From a virus (taxonomy: Duplodnaviria; Caudoviricetes), in the IMG/VR virus record IMGVR_UViG_3300043395_003306, positions 1 through 59,056 of that record: a DNA stretch of 59,056 nucleotides. One strand, given 5' to 3'. The translations under genes and the position numbers were made by a program. Under the pieces are notes generated by a model. The model searched no databases. It saw nothing but the letters and a program-made list of their open reading frames with translations, and was not told where the DNA came from. Below, piece after piece: positions 36,801-45,352 of the stretch (position 1 is its first letter; the number at the start of each line of letters is the position of its first letter).

Positions 36801-39539
36801 TGTCAATCCGCGTAAAGACCGCCTTTCTACCATTCCGTAGTCTGCCCCAGCGCCGGCCACTCGTAGACCGTGAGCAGGGGAGTAAATCTGTGCGTCAAGT
36901 AGGTACCCAAATGCGCCCGACCCAGCGTCGTAGGCAACAAAATCGGCGTCGTTGAGTTGCGCCGATATGCCAGAACCCTCGCCGCGCCAGTCGAGGGAAA
37001 TGCCCGTACTGGACTCTTCTCCTTGCTCAAGGGAATCAAAGAACACACGCAGTTTGGCGGTACGGTACGCAACATCCCCATACTTGCCGACGAGCGTGTG
37101 GCCTACGGCAACGTGGGCGTTGTAGAAAGCTCCGATTTGGCTTGTCGCTACCGTCGTGTCTAGTAAGACATCCTCGCCATCCAACGTAACAAGGCGGATC
37201 TCATTAGTGCTGTACGTGCGCTGCACAAGGTAGTAGCCAGCATTCGGGCCATTAAAGATGCGGAAAACAGAGCCGCCATTATACGGTGCCTCTACTGGGC
37301 GGGTATCTCCGCCCTCAATCGCAAAGACGTTCTGAAATTCCTCAATCGGCACCCCAACGTCTACTACTGAGGTTCCGCCGTCTATACGAACGGCCGATAC
37401 CGTAATTGTTCGCAGGTTTGTCGCTGTAAAAGAACCCCCGTAGCCTACGCTGACCCGCTCCAGGTGTACAAGGGATTGACCGTGCTTACGCGTAGTAACT
37501 AGCGGAGGGGAGCCGCCGTCATTCTGCTCTCGTACATAAAGAATTCCGACATCGGCCCGAGTTACGCCACCCCGATCTTCGTCCGGCGCAACAAGGTGTA
37601 GAAGTGCGCTGGGGTACTCTACGACGTCTTCGTAGACTTCGTACTGAACGTTTAGGGTACTTGTAAGCTCTGATCCGGGAGACGCCCCAAGGGGGGCAAC
37701 TCGGACGTGCGCTCCATCAATAAATTCCGTGATGAGGAACGGCTCAAGATCTACGAAAGCGCCCCCGCCTCCGGAGAGCTTCACAACACGCCCGATATCG
37801 GCGAGTGTGAAGGTATCGGGATGTGGCGGAACTGCTGCGTATTCTGCCTTTAGAATTCCCTGCCCAAGCAGGTTTCCGGTAAAGGGACCACGTACATACG
37901 TACCCGCCGAAGGTAAAGACTTCTCTGGAGCAACGATAGTTACAGGGCGCTTACGCCCAAGAAGGACACTTCCGGCATCAGAAGTCCTATCGGTAGACAT
38001 GCCGGCGTAGGCACCGCCAAGGCCCTGACGCTGCCACAGCTGTTCAATCTCAAACCCGGTAAGCCCCGGCTGAAGCATCTTAAACGAAGCATCGTCGGTA
38101 AGGGTGTTGGCGTCCTCGCGCTGATTTAGCGTCTCACGCTCAATTCCAAATACCAGCACAATCTTCCCGTCTTCTGGGAAGCGCGCAAGTGGGGGCGTAA
38201 GGGTAACCCAGATATCGGATTCCCATTCCCCACCGCTTGATACCGTGACAGTTCCAAAAGAGCCTGAGGTGCTGTCATTGAGAGGCAGTACGTCTGTATC
38301 TGAAGACGGGCGTACGACAATCTCTTGCTCAGAGACAACGGCCTCTACGAGGTACTTACCGTCGTTGGTGTACGGAGAAGTAACAGTAGAAAACGCAATC
38401 TCTGCGATATCACCTGGCACAACACCCAGGCTGATAAACCCGGTGCCGATGCCCAACGAGGAACAGACGAGGCTGGTCTTGTTGTGGATTTTAGAGATTA
38501 CGGCAGATGCAACCTTAGTACGATTGACGCCAAGGGCATTTCGGCCGTCAGGCGTGGCCGCCGCTGTATCTGGTAGGGCGGAAGTTGGCGCACTTTCTTC
38601 GTCTGCAAAAGACGGGGCACCAAACCCGTTTTCGCCGCGAGTTACGGCTCCGACACGGATAGTACGCACTTCTTCGGCGCTCTCGTCGTACGCAGAAAGC
38701 TCGTGCCCTTTTGTATCCGTGACAAAGAAGGAGCCAGCAATCTCATGCAGAGTCGACGTAGCAGACAACCCGCCTACGTAAATGCGCCCAGTAAGGTTGC
38801 CATCCACAGTATCAAGGTCAGCAAGGCTTATCTGGGTTACCGACCCCGCTGCGTCATAGCGAAAACGCCCAGACCACGTTGAGAGCGTGCTGTCGATAGG
38901 CACAGCCACCGGATACGCGGCTTCGCGATATCCTGCCGTGCGAAGAACGTCAGTATTTGACGCGAGCTGCGCAAGGCCGCGATTGAACGCAATAGATAGG
39001 CGATCTTCCCCACGCGCAACAAAACGTGTCCCAGGCGCATTACCCTGCTCTAGTGGACGAGTCGCGGAAGACTCGATGTCTCCTGCCGTGCATGTAGCTG
39101 CAACGTTCGGGTAAGTAGCAAATCCAAGTATTGCTGCACAGTCATCGGCAAACCCGTCGCCGTTCCAGTCGTTGGTTGCCGCGTGCACTCGGATGAAGGC
39201 GCGTCCGGTTGCTGTCTCGCCTACACCAGCAGTAGCCAGCCGCAGACAACCATCACGCTCCGAAGCGACTGCTATCCCGGATAGCGCACTGTTTAGCGTA
39301 GCAATAATTTCGTTTAAAAGCGCAGAGTGTCCTGCCGTGAACGTCACAGTTACGGGTCCGCTAGTTGTACCCTCGGTCTCTACGACTAGGTCCGCAGGGA
39401 CGGTAGCTACAAGAGCGGCAAATCCGGAAACTGTACCGTCGGCGCTACGGCGCACCGTACCCTGTAGGTACGGCTGGGACAGCACAGATACGTCGGTGTT
39501 GCCTTCAAGATTCGGGCGGCGAATGTACGGCGTGCTCAT
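33843..39539 (-). CDS. Giant tail/baseplate structural protein (about 1898 aa)
   Basis: Thr/Ser/Gly-rich and beta-rich; GEDRLSIAFNRGL segment; repeated GD-x-I...G-x-Y modules; start ATG 39539 (ATGA overlap). Confidence 0.7.
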   Translation of the reverse strand: MSTPYIRRPNLEGNTDVSVLSQPYLQGTVRRSADGTVSGFAALVATVPADLVVETEGTTSGPVTVTFTAGHSALLNEIIATLNSALSGIAVASERDGCLRLATAGVGETATGRAFIRVHAATNDWNGDGFADDCAAILGFATYPNVAATCTAGDIESSATRPLEQGNAPGTRFVARGEDRLSIAFNRGLAQLASNTDVLRTAGYREAAYPVAVPIDSTLSTWSGRFRYDAAGSVTQISLADLDTVDGNLTGRIYVGGLSATSTLHEIAGSFFVTDTKGHELSAYDESAEEVRTIRVGAVTRGENGFGAPSFADEESAPTSALPDTAAATPDGRNALGVNRTKVASAVISKIHNKTSLVCSSLGIGTGFISLGVVPGDIAEIAFSTVTSPYTNDGKYLVEAVVSEQEIVVRPSSDTDVLPLNDSTSGSFGTVTVSSGGEWESDIWVTLTPPLARFPEDGKIVLVFGIERETLNQREDANTLTDDASFKMLQPGLTGFEIEQLWQRQGLGGAYAGMSTDRTSDAGSVLLGRKRPVTIVAPEKSLPSAGTYVRGPFTGNLLGQGILKAEYAAVPPHPDTFTLADIGRVVKLSGGGGAFVDLEPFLITEFIDGAHVRVAPLGASPGSELTSTLNVQYEVYEDVVEYPSALLHLVAPDEDRGGVTRADVGILYVREQNDGGSPPLVTTRKHGQSLVHLERVSVGYGGSFTATNLRTITVSAVRIDGGTSVVDVGVPIEEFQNVFAIEGGDTRPVEAPYNGGSVFRIFNGPNAGYYLVQRTYSTNEIRLVTLDGEDVLLDTTVATSQIGAFYNAHVAVGHTLVGKYGDVAYRTAKLRVFFDSLEQGEESSTGISLDWRGEGSGISAQLNDADFVAYDAGSGAFGYLLDAQIYSPAHGLRVAGAGADYGMVERRSLRGLTIDVASYAKDPATSLTTLPSWGAWVAQKGDDPALVVTKTTGLSAAATGEPVDLSYFQHSGAAVKIYTNGASAARGGGIDIIGSIYQRQYSSTVLGTLEDVLRDGGITTEVGFSAKNYAVAWPGLAGTSLGLPEKLAPAGHADAWISVEILAPDYSLYAEQHVALVKLPPDTVSVSLPSAYVGQQLFFSGLSTRYRIAQLISSDSTEQIVALLPNSPTDVALTPTTTTACLVGGRWTRTYADIADWTMIGTALNINSAELPWLSIAESLEDTVVSAPTAVGTGDIELESGALQSSVSAFPTTLGSGVGPIVGSYEGEVHRSAAAYDLDAGFEARYCSYTYEHGWSRVTGQPRAPIPNTAIFSGKTTTELLVSSLPQLRKVSSAPVGLSMQSPGFLNDEEIALELVSGTGTVTAEYDSAWGGNIKMEETDGVASTVRLWFPSVRGVSPYLHKFNFELNYALTAAALGTGTVALRRADGTILVEESLLSLNNSGSMTIRSLTLTASRSLTVLGPPTTGDMRGPLASTALSEDADAPLFLTLDIPFEANAVLNIGSVSLTPIVQPLRTPALEVPTVAKVGSLRYVQPVKGFETISPLQAELLDGTDYAAADGAWTPVSGLAEYEVFYNRGGGQEGRGVGAFNEETGAVTSWEFKSPVYDRGRFFRKGRASTAIVGYHPFYDPLFYVLAAPSQNPSLVGSEFIPPGVTGFLLPFSPPHGSTLTNFNAVLSVKPVYTADGGGTWTPTVQVWQYGTPLLGAIGYEQTDATLWKNQTGWDVNVGMRLVIYRQNCIDFGVEDAPRSAADVASSAGYFEVIYTAPININTAELVPISTSSATVNEVLTEITVPVSESFTFSNPGKGIEDRNLSAFVVDRRHYSYFAAIEFYIGIRSSDGTTVDIPNQLVKDYAGAVTLGSIYGSNTWGGSHQISTLSGLGGPIEIAADKGVSLSAAPKLNSATIVVAGDGVLPGAVKFRGARVGWVTDRAGDGGWG

Positions 39540-40159
39540 ACGAATCTGATCTCCCACACAACTCGCAGCGTAAAGCTGGTTGTTTTGGTGATTGGCTCAA
39601 ATGTCTTGTACGCCACCGGCGCACGGTCATACGAGTTTGCAAACGAGGTATCCAGCGACGCCGTGCTCCAGTCGTCTGCGGGATTTCCGTCTGTAAACAG
39701 TCCCGCTTCCGTCAAGACTACGGCAGTTGCGGGACTGCCAAAGCTAAACTCGGAGGTACCAAACTCTCTTACAAACTGCACGCTTGTAATAGGCGTTCCA
39801 GTTCCTGAGGCCGGAAAAATTGCAGGGGCATTAACAGCTGCAAGGAATTCAGAGGTCGTGTAGGGAACGGGATCTACAAGAGAGGCAATATCCGCTACCT
39901 CAGTCTGTGCACCGATGCCCATTCCTATGTAGGCAACACGATCCTCTCGAAACGTTGTACGCGGACTAAACGCACTTAGCGCAATCAGCTCTGCTAGGTA
40001 CTCTCTGCCGGTCAGCGTCCAAATGTTCTTTCCTTCTGAGACCTGTCGGCGCTTTCCTCCCTCTCTTGTCTCGGCACGAAACCGGCCCTCTACGACAGGA
40101 TCGTGGTGCAGCACAGAGCGCCACACAGAAGGAGAGAAGAGTCTGAAAAGCGAGGTCAT
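39536..40159 (-). CDS. Baseplate/tail-fibre attachment-type protein (207 aa)
   Basis: KNIWTLTGREYLA...YIGMGIG...LTEAGLF...YKTFEPITKT...VVWEIRF resembles tail collar/fibre N-terminal domains. Confidence 0.65.
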   Translation of the reverse strand: MTSLFRLFSPSVWRSVLHHDPVVEGRFRAETREGGKRRQVSEGKNIWTLTGREYLAELIALSAFSPRTTFREDRVAYIGMGIGAQTEVADIASLVDPVPYTTSEFLAAVNAPAIFPASGTGTPITSVQFVREFGTSEFSFGSPATAVVLTEAGLFTDGNPADDWSTASLDTSFANSYDRAPVAYKTFEPITKTTSFTLRVVWEIRFV

Positions 40160-40362
40160 ACGTGTCTCCGAAGGAAGGATTCGGCGTAATCACGCCCCAC
40201 TCCAAACCGTTCCATAATCTGCTCTGCGGTCGGACTTTGACCAGTTTCAAGAGTATACGCCGCATAGGGCGCTTGGCGTAGTCTTAGTGCACCAGAAATG
40301 CTGAGTTGCAGCCGATCTGCAATCCGAGGCGCATCAATCATCTTCTTTATTGAGGAGAGCAT
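40156..40362 (-). CDS. Small hypothetical protein, possible HTH (68 aa)
   Basis: Coupled on both sides; PTAEQIMERFGVGRDYAESFL. Confidence 0.55.
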   Translation of the reverse strand: MLSSIKKMIDAPRIADRLQLSISGALRLRQAPYAAYTLETGQSPTAEQIMERFGVGRDYAESFLRRHV

Positions 40363-43300
40363 CAGGTCTGTTCCGTCCTAAAGATTCGTCCGGCAAACGT
40401 TCCTATAACCGGCGGAGTGCGGCTTAGGCGGAACGAATAGTCGCTGACCTCCGAGATCATGATTTGAATCATGTCGTCGTACTCAAAAATGTCTCCAGGT
40501 TCTACGCTGGCAACAAAGGGGTCGTTCGCCAAGTCTCCACGCAAGTGGTACGACGATACCGTAGTTACGACGCCAGTTGGGTCTACGATAAACTCTACTG
40601 CCGGGGCAAGCACGGTTAACAGGGGTGCCGGGGCCTCGTCGTCGTTTGGAGGGACTTCTAGTGTGAGGTCAGTAACTCCCACACTTTCGATGACGTAGAC
40701 TCCTGCGTTTCGTGCGGCGCTTTGCAACTCTACGCGCATGCCTGGGGTGACGCCGCCGGCCACAAAGTCACTCGACGCGGAAGTGACTGTCCGAGTTGCC
40801 ATGTCTACGACAGCATCGACAATACCTGTAAACAGCACCGTCATCGGACGCATTACGTCAAGCTCTGCGTACTCCCCAGTCCAAAGTACCTCAAGGGCCG
40901 TGTCTGAGTCGGCGGCAGCCGCATCCAGCGCAGGACGTGTCACACGTATGGTGACACCGACCGCGGTACCCAGCGACCCGCCGCCGAGTTTTACAATGAT
41001 GTCTGCTGGGGACGGAATACCCGCGATCTCAAAGGTCTTACCCACGTCAGATGGAACAGGGCTATTTACGATCTCTACGACATCGCCCTTCCGTATGAAA
41101 GAGCCAGCGTGTTGTAACCCAGTAATTACAGATGTACCGGCTGCTGTGGCCGCGATGTTGGAGACTAAAAGAGGGTTCTGTAGGAGGGCTTCTCGATAAA
41201 CGTAGACCTCCACGGAACCCGAAGCCGTGGATTCTTTTTCAGCCACGATAGTGTCGGACTCTTGTGTTCCCACTGCGCTACGTGTGACCGCAACAACAAC
41301 GTCCTCGTAGGGGGCACCGGAGGGGTCCACGATGAGGAGTCGGTCCCCTGGGGCTACGCGGTTCACGATAAAGTTTCCGCCAGTAGCTACGATGTTTTGG
41401 CTTCCCGCAGTTGCTTCTCCGACCCCAAACCAGATTAGCGGCCCGTCGGCACGCTGAATGACAAACTCTTGGGCCTCCCCCGCCAACACCGTATCAGGAG
41501 AGGGAGACTCTGGAGAGTACGTAGAGAAGTAGAAGGTATCTAACTGCCGAATACGGAGCGTCGTGTCGTCTACGACCTCTCTAATTTCGTAGCTTCCTGT
41601 GTTGGACCCGGAGAGTATAACCAGCACATCGCCTGGGTACTTCACCGTATCGTCGGCCGCTTTTACAAACGCAGAACCTCGGGTCTCAATAGGACCAAAG
41701 TACTCGTTAAGGGGACTAGTTAACGGATCAACAAAACCGCCTCGTGCGGAAGTAACAAGAAGTTCCCCAGACCCGTCTCCGTTGGGCGTTACAAGATCGC
41801 GACCCCTAAACAGCGTGCGAGAACTAAATGCACCCGTATCCGCTGCGCGAAGAGCAACGCTACCGCCGTCGTAGTCGTCCGTCATGTGTGTCGATTCAAC
41901 GCTAAATGCCGGGTCATCAAACAACAAAAGAGTACCGTCAAACGAGATATCTGTTTCTACCGTTACGGTGTCAGAAAGGTAAAGCAGTCCCACAAGTGCC
42001 GGTCGTGTGTAGATAGGGCGTGCATCGTCTACAAAACGAGAAACGAGCGCAATATCTTCCCCAGGTAGCTGGCGCAGATCTACAACCAGCTCCCATGTAT
42101 GGTACTTTTCAATCTCTCTATTAGAGAGCGTTCCGTACCTAGACCACCAATAAGGGTCACTGACGTAGTCGGATATTTGAACTGCGTTTGTTAGAGACTG
42201 GTACGCAAGTACTACGTCTCCGACCGCCAGCGTAAGACCCGTAGCCGGGTTTGTGGCTATGCCAGAGAACTCTGGGGCGCCGTACCCTACGCGGTAGTAC
42301 AGGTACGTACGGTACTTTGCTGTAGGTGACCCCGCCGAATCAATATCTTGGATTGTGACGCGACCCTGGGTTTCCGAGAAGTCGTCGTCTATGTCTACGA
42401 TTAAGCCGTCCGACGCGGAAACTGCTGCTCCCAACAGTAGGTTGGCAGCGGTTACCATGTTTTCTTCTGTAGGGCCGTTAGTGAGTCCGTACGCCAATCC
42501 GCGCACTACCGTTAGGTAGTCTGCCTGCGACGTGCCGAATTCATCTAGCTCGTCTTTTGTAATACCCACTAACGCGCCAAAGTTATCCTCAATCAGTGGC
42601 GAGTTATCGAACAAGGAAATCTCTGCCCAGAGCTGCTTAGGTGCTGCTGCCGCGCCAACAAACGTACCAGGGACAAACTGAAGGTAGTTTGCTGTGTTGC
42701 GGCGGCTCAGTTTATAGCGCAGTCCCGTGGCGGTTGTAGCAAAGACGAGTGCGCTGCCTACCGTAGGCCGTACGCGTATAGAAGTCTCAGACAGTATTTC
42801 CGTGACCACAAAAGTCTCGTACGTACCAGACAAACGTAAAGATACCGTGTCCAGCGGAAGCAACCCGTAACTTACAAGCGCCTCAGAGGGCAGATTTAGA
42901 ATATCAGAACCTGCCACTACGGAAGCGTTGCTGCCCGCAAATGCGCCAGTGCTGTGTACGACAAACTCATCGTTTTGCTGTAGGACAGAGGGTGTCGTGT
43001 CGCGTACCAGTAAAGAGCCGTCTGCCGCCACAACTTGAAATCCGCCTTCTACCTCATCTACCGAGGGTGCGCGGATGTACTCAAACAGGGCCGGTACTCC
43101 GACTAAGTCGTCGTCGACCTTAATCTTAGAGTTACGCCAAAGACCCTGAATGCGCGGAGTAAACGCGGATACGTCTACCCGAACAATTGTCTCATCGCTG
43201 AGCGGTAAATTAAAGTTAGAAGCAGAGAATGCGGTCGAAAGTGCGGCACCATATACATCCGCAGCTATCCTACCTAACTCTACCGTATCCGTATCCACGT

Positions 43301-45077
43301 CGTAGGTAGCGGAAGGAATCTGTAAATCATTAAAAAAGTTATAGATTTCTTCTTGGCTAAGTCCGTAGGCGGCTGGTGCCCCAGAAGACAAAACAGGCAA
43401 CGTCCTGCCAACGCTAAACATTACCTTGTTGCCGTAGGCACCAAGCACCGCGCAAGGCAGTAACGCCTCGTAGTTAGATCGGACATCTTGCACCGAAAAC
43501 TCTATGAGGTCTCCGACAGACGCCCCCTCTTCTTCTATGTCTACACCGGACACCACACACGTATTGCCGATGTACCAAGTTGCATCTACAAGACCGGCAG
43601 GAACACTATTTTTAGGCACCGTAACGACCCACTCGGTGCCAACCAAACTTACGGCTACGATTGGGACAGTAACACCGCCAACATGAATAAGGCGGTCTGT
43701 TAAGCTGTACGGAAGAAGTAATGAGTACGTTTGTGTTGCATTTATAGCGGCGGACATAGCCGTAGTCAGCACATATCCGTTACGCGCGCTATTTACGGCA
43801 CCGACAGTAAACAGAACTCCTGCGTCTGCGCCACCAGTAATCTGAATCTCACGCCCAACCATCGAATCAAAAACATGGCGGGGCGAGACAATAATCTCGT
43901 AAGCGCTTGTAACGGTGGCTGTCCCTGTGACAGTGCCAGATTCGTACACATTGAGGTCTGCCTCAGAAGCAGGCAGAAAGACTTTAGTTGCATACGCGGT
44001 GCCTGGGTAGTCCACCGAGACAGACACAGGTCGCAGAACCGAAAAAGACATTCCAGTTCTGTTTCGGATAGGCGCAGTTCCGATGTCTATCTTGTTGTCG
44101 GAGGACAAACCCCCAGCAAGGCCTACCGCGGTCACTACGTAGTAGTCGGAGTCCGCCCCGGCCACCAGCTTAAGTACGTCGCCTGCTACAACGCCCGCTG
44201 CTGCAAAATCTACAGACAGAGAGGTCAGGACAGAGCTGGTTCTGACGCCCCACAGATCCGTGCCCGACACAACTACGTCCGCAGCCGGATCCAAAGAATT
44301 TCTACGAACTACGTAGCCAGAGGAATCAGAATTTTGCCGAAGGATCCGGTAAGACCCGGCACTACCGCCAGACCCAATTACAAGGTCTTGGCCGACGGCT
44401 CTGTCGGAGGCGGCTACGCCAATAAGCACAACTTCTTGGTGGCTGATAACGACAGCCGTTGCTTCTTGAGAGTCGTCCGTAGTCCTTGCGCCTAGGCCTC
44501 CCTGTACAGGGCCAAGTACAACCTCAAACTCTCTTCCGCGCAGGTCGTAATGTGGGAAGTACGGCAGCCACCGACGCTCGTAGTACTTTTTTATCGTAGA
44601 TAGAGATTTGCTCTGCGACGCCTGGTACGCCCGAGAGATGTCCGTCCCGACTACCTGAGTGTACCCGGACCAGAGGGAAGAAAAGACCTCGGTGCTGCGG
44701 ACAAGTCCCCAGAAGTCACCAACTACCTCGTAGAGCCACGCAGCATCCGGAGTTGTAGGCTCTTGCGTAAAACCCAGGACATACTGACAACTGACGGTAG
44801 AACTTGCCGTCTCGGACTCTAAGCTTTCGTTTGTTACGGTTACCTGTACGACGTAGGTGCCGGGCTGGTCTGGCGTTAGTAGAACCACGCCATCAGATTC
44901 CTCCGCCGAAGAGAGATCTGAGGACAAGAGTAGACTACCTACGGGCTTAGAGAGCAACTCCCAAGTAAACGCTACATTTTCTCCCGTCGAATCATACGAA
45001 GAAGATGCGTTAAGCCGGACAGAGACCCCAGGTGTCGTTAGGAACTCCTGAGGGCTTAGTAAAGCACTTACCGGCAT
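40362..45077 (-). CDS. Giant baseplate wedge-like protein with N-terminal PKD/Ig domain (1571 aa)
   Basis: VRLNASSSYD...FTWEL...PDQPGTYVVQVTV is PKD-like; NFGALVG, GPTEENM, FVDDARPIYT; AGGAG SD. Confidence 0.7.
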   Translation of the reverse strand: MPVSALLSPQEFLTTPGVSVRLNASSSYDSTGENVAFTWELLSKPVGSLLLSSDLSSAEESDGVVLLTPDQPGTYVVQVTVTNESLESETASSTVSCQYVLGFTQEPTTPDAAWLYEVVGDFWGLVRSTEVFSSLWSGYTQVVGTDISRAYQASQSKSLSTIKKYYERRWLPYFPHYDLRGREFEVVLGPVQGGLGARTTDDSQEATAVVISHQEVVLIGVAASDRAVGQDLVIGSGGSAGSYRILRQNSDSSGYVVRRNSLDPAADVVVSGTDLWGVRTSSVLTSLSVDFAAAGVVAGDVLKLVAGADSDYYVVTAVGLAGGLSSDNKIDIGTAPIRNRTGMSFSVLRPVSVSVDYPGTAYATKVFLPASEADLNVYESGTVTGTATVTSAYEIIVSPRHVFDSMVGREIQITGGADAGVLFTVGAVNSARNGYVLTTAMSAAINATQTYSLLLPYSLTDRLIHVGGVTVPIVAVSLVGTEWVVTVPKNSVPAGLVDATWYIGNTCVVSGVDIEEEGASVGDLIEFSVQDVRSNYEALLPCAVLGAYGNKVMFSVGRTLPVLSSGAPAAYGLSQEEIYNFFNDLQIPSATYDVDTDTVELGRIAADVYGAALSTAFSASNFNLPLSDETIVRVDVSAFTPRIQGLWRNSKIKVDDDLVGVPALFEYIRAPSVDEVEGGFQVVAADGSLLVRDTTPSVLQQNDEFVVHSTGAFAGSNASVVAGSDILNLPSEALVSYGLLPLDTVSLRLSGTYETFVVTEILSETSIRVRPTVGSALVFATTATGLRYKLSRRNTANYLQFVPGTFVGAAAAPKQLWAEISLFDNSPLIEDNFGALVGITKDELDEFGTSQADYLTVVRGLAYGLTNGPTEENMVTAANLLLGAAVSASDGLIVDIDDDFSETQGRVTIQDIDSAGSPTAKYRTYLYYRVGYGAPEFSGIATNPATGLTLAVGDVVLAYQSLTNAVQISDYVSDPYWWSRYGTLSNREIEKYHTWELVVDLRQLPGEDIALVSRFVDDARPIYTRPALVGLLYLSDTVTVETDISFDGTLLLFDDPAFSVESTHMTDDYDGGSVALRAADTGAFSSRTLFRGRDLVTPNGDGSGELLVTSARGGFVDPLTSPLNEYFGPIETRGSAFVKAADDTVKYPGDVLVILSGSNTGSYEIREVVDDTTLRIRQLDTFYFSTYSPESPSPDTVLAGEAQEFVIQRADGPLIWFGVGEATAGSQNIVATGGNFIVNRVAPGDRLLIVDPSGAPYEDVVVAVTRSAVGTQESDTIVAEKESTASGSVEVYVYREALLQNPLLVSNIAATAAGTSVITGLQHAGSFIRKGDVVEIVNSPVPSDVGKTFEIAGIPSPADIIVKLGGGSLGTAVGVTIRVTRPALDAAAADSDTALEVLWTGEYAELDVMRPMTVLFTGIVDAVVDMATRTVTSASSDFVAGGVTPGMRVELQSAARNAGVYVIESVGVTDLTLEVPPNDDEAPAPLLTVLAPAVEFIVDPTGVVTTVSSYHLRGDLANDPFVASVEPGDIFEYDDMIQIMISEVSDYSFRLSRTPPVIGTFAGRIFRTEQT

Positions 45078-45091
45078 AGTCTCTCCTGCAC

Positions 45092-45352
45092 TTGACTACC
45101 TTTATCGGAGTTTCCGTGGAAACCACCCCGCTGCCTGCTGATCTTATCCGAGAAATCCTCAAAGGACACGAGAGTATGCTGCACGAGCTTGTGGGGGCAA
45201 ATAGCGCGGCAAAACAGGAGATATTAAGTTCCTCCTGCCCAAAGTGCTCGGTACCCCTTCAGCCCCGTCCGCACCCAGACCCAGAGGTCCTGTTTGGTAC
45301 CGGCAGCATAACGTACCGAGCTTACTGCCCTATTTGCCGCAGCAACCAATAA
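45092..45352 (+). CDS. Small zinc-ribbon protein, opposite to the baseplate operon (up to 86 aa)
   Basis: CPKCS...CPIC; fills the gap exactly; likely start GTG 45116 after GGAG. Confidence 0.65.
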   Translation: MTTFIGVSVETTPLPADLIREILKGHESMLHELVGANSAAKQEILSSSCPKCSVPLQPRPHPDPEVLFGTGSITYRAYCPICRSNQ

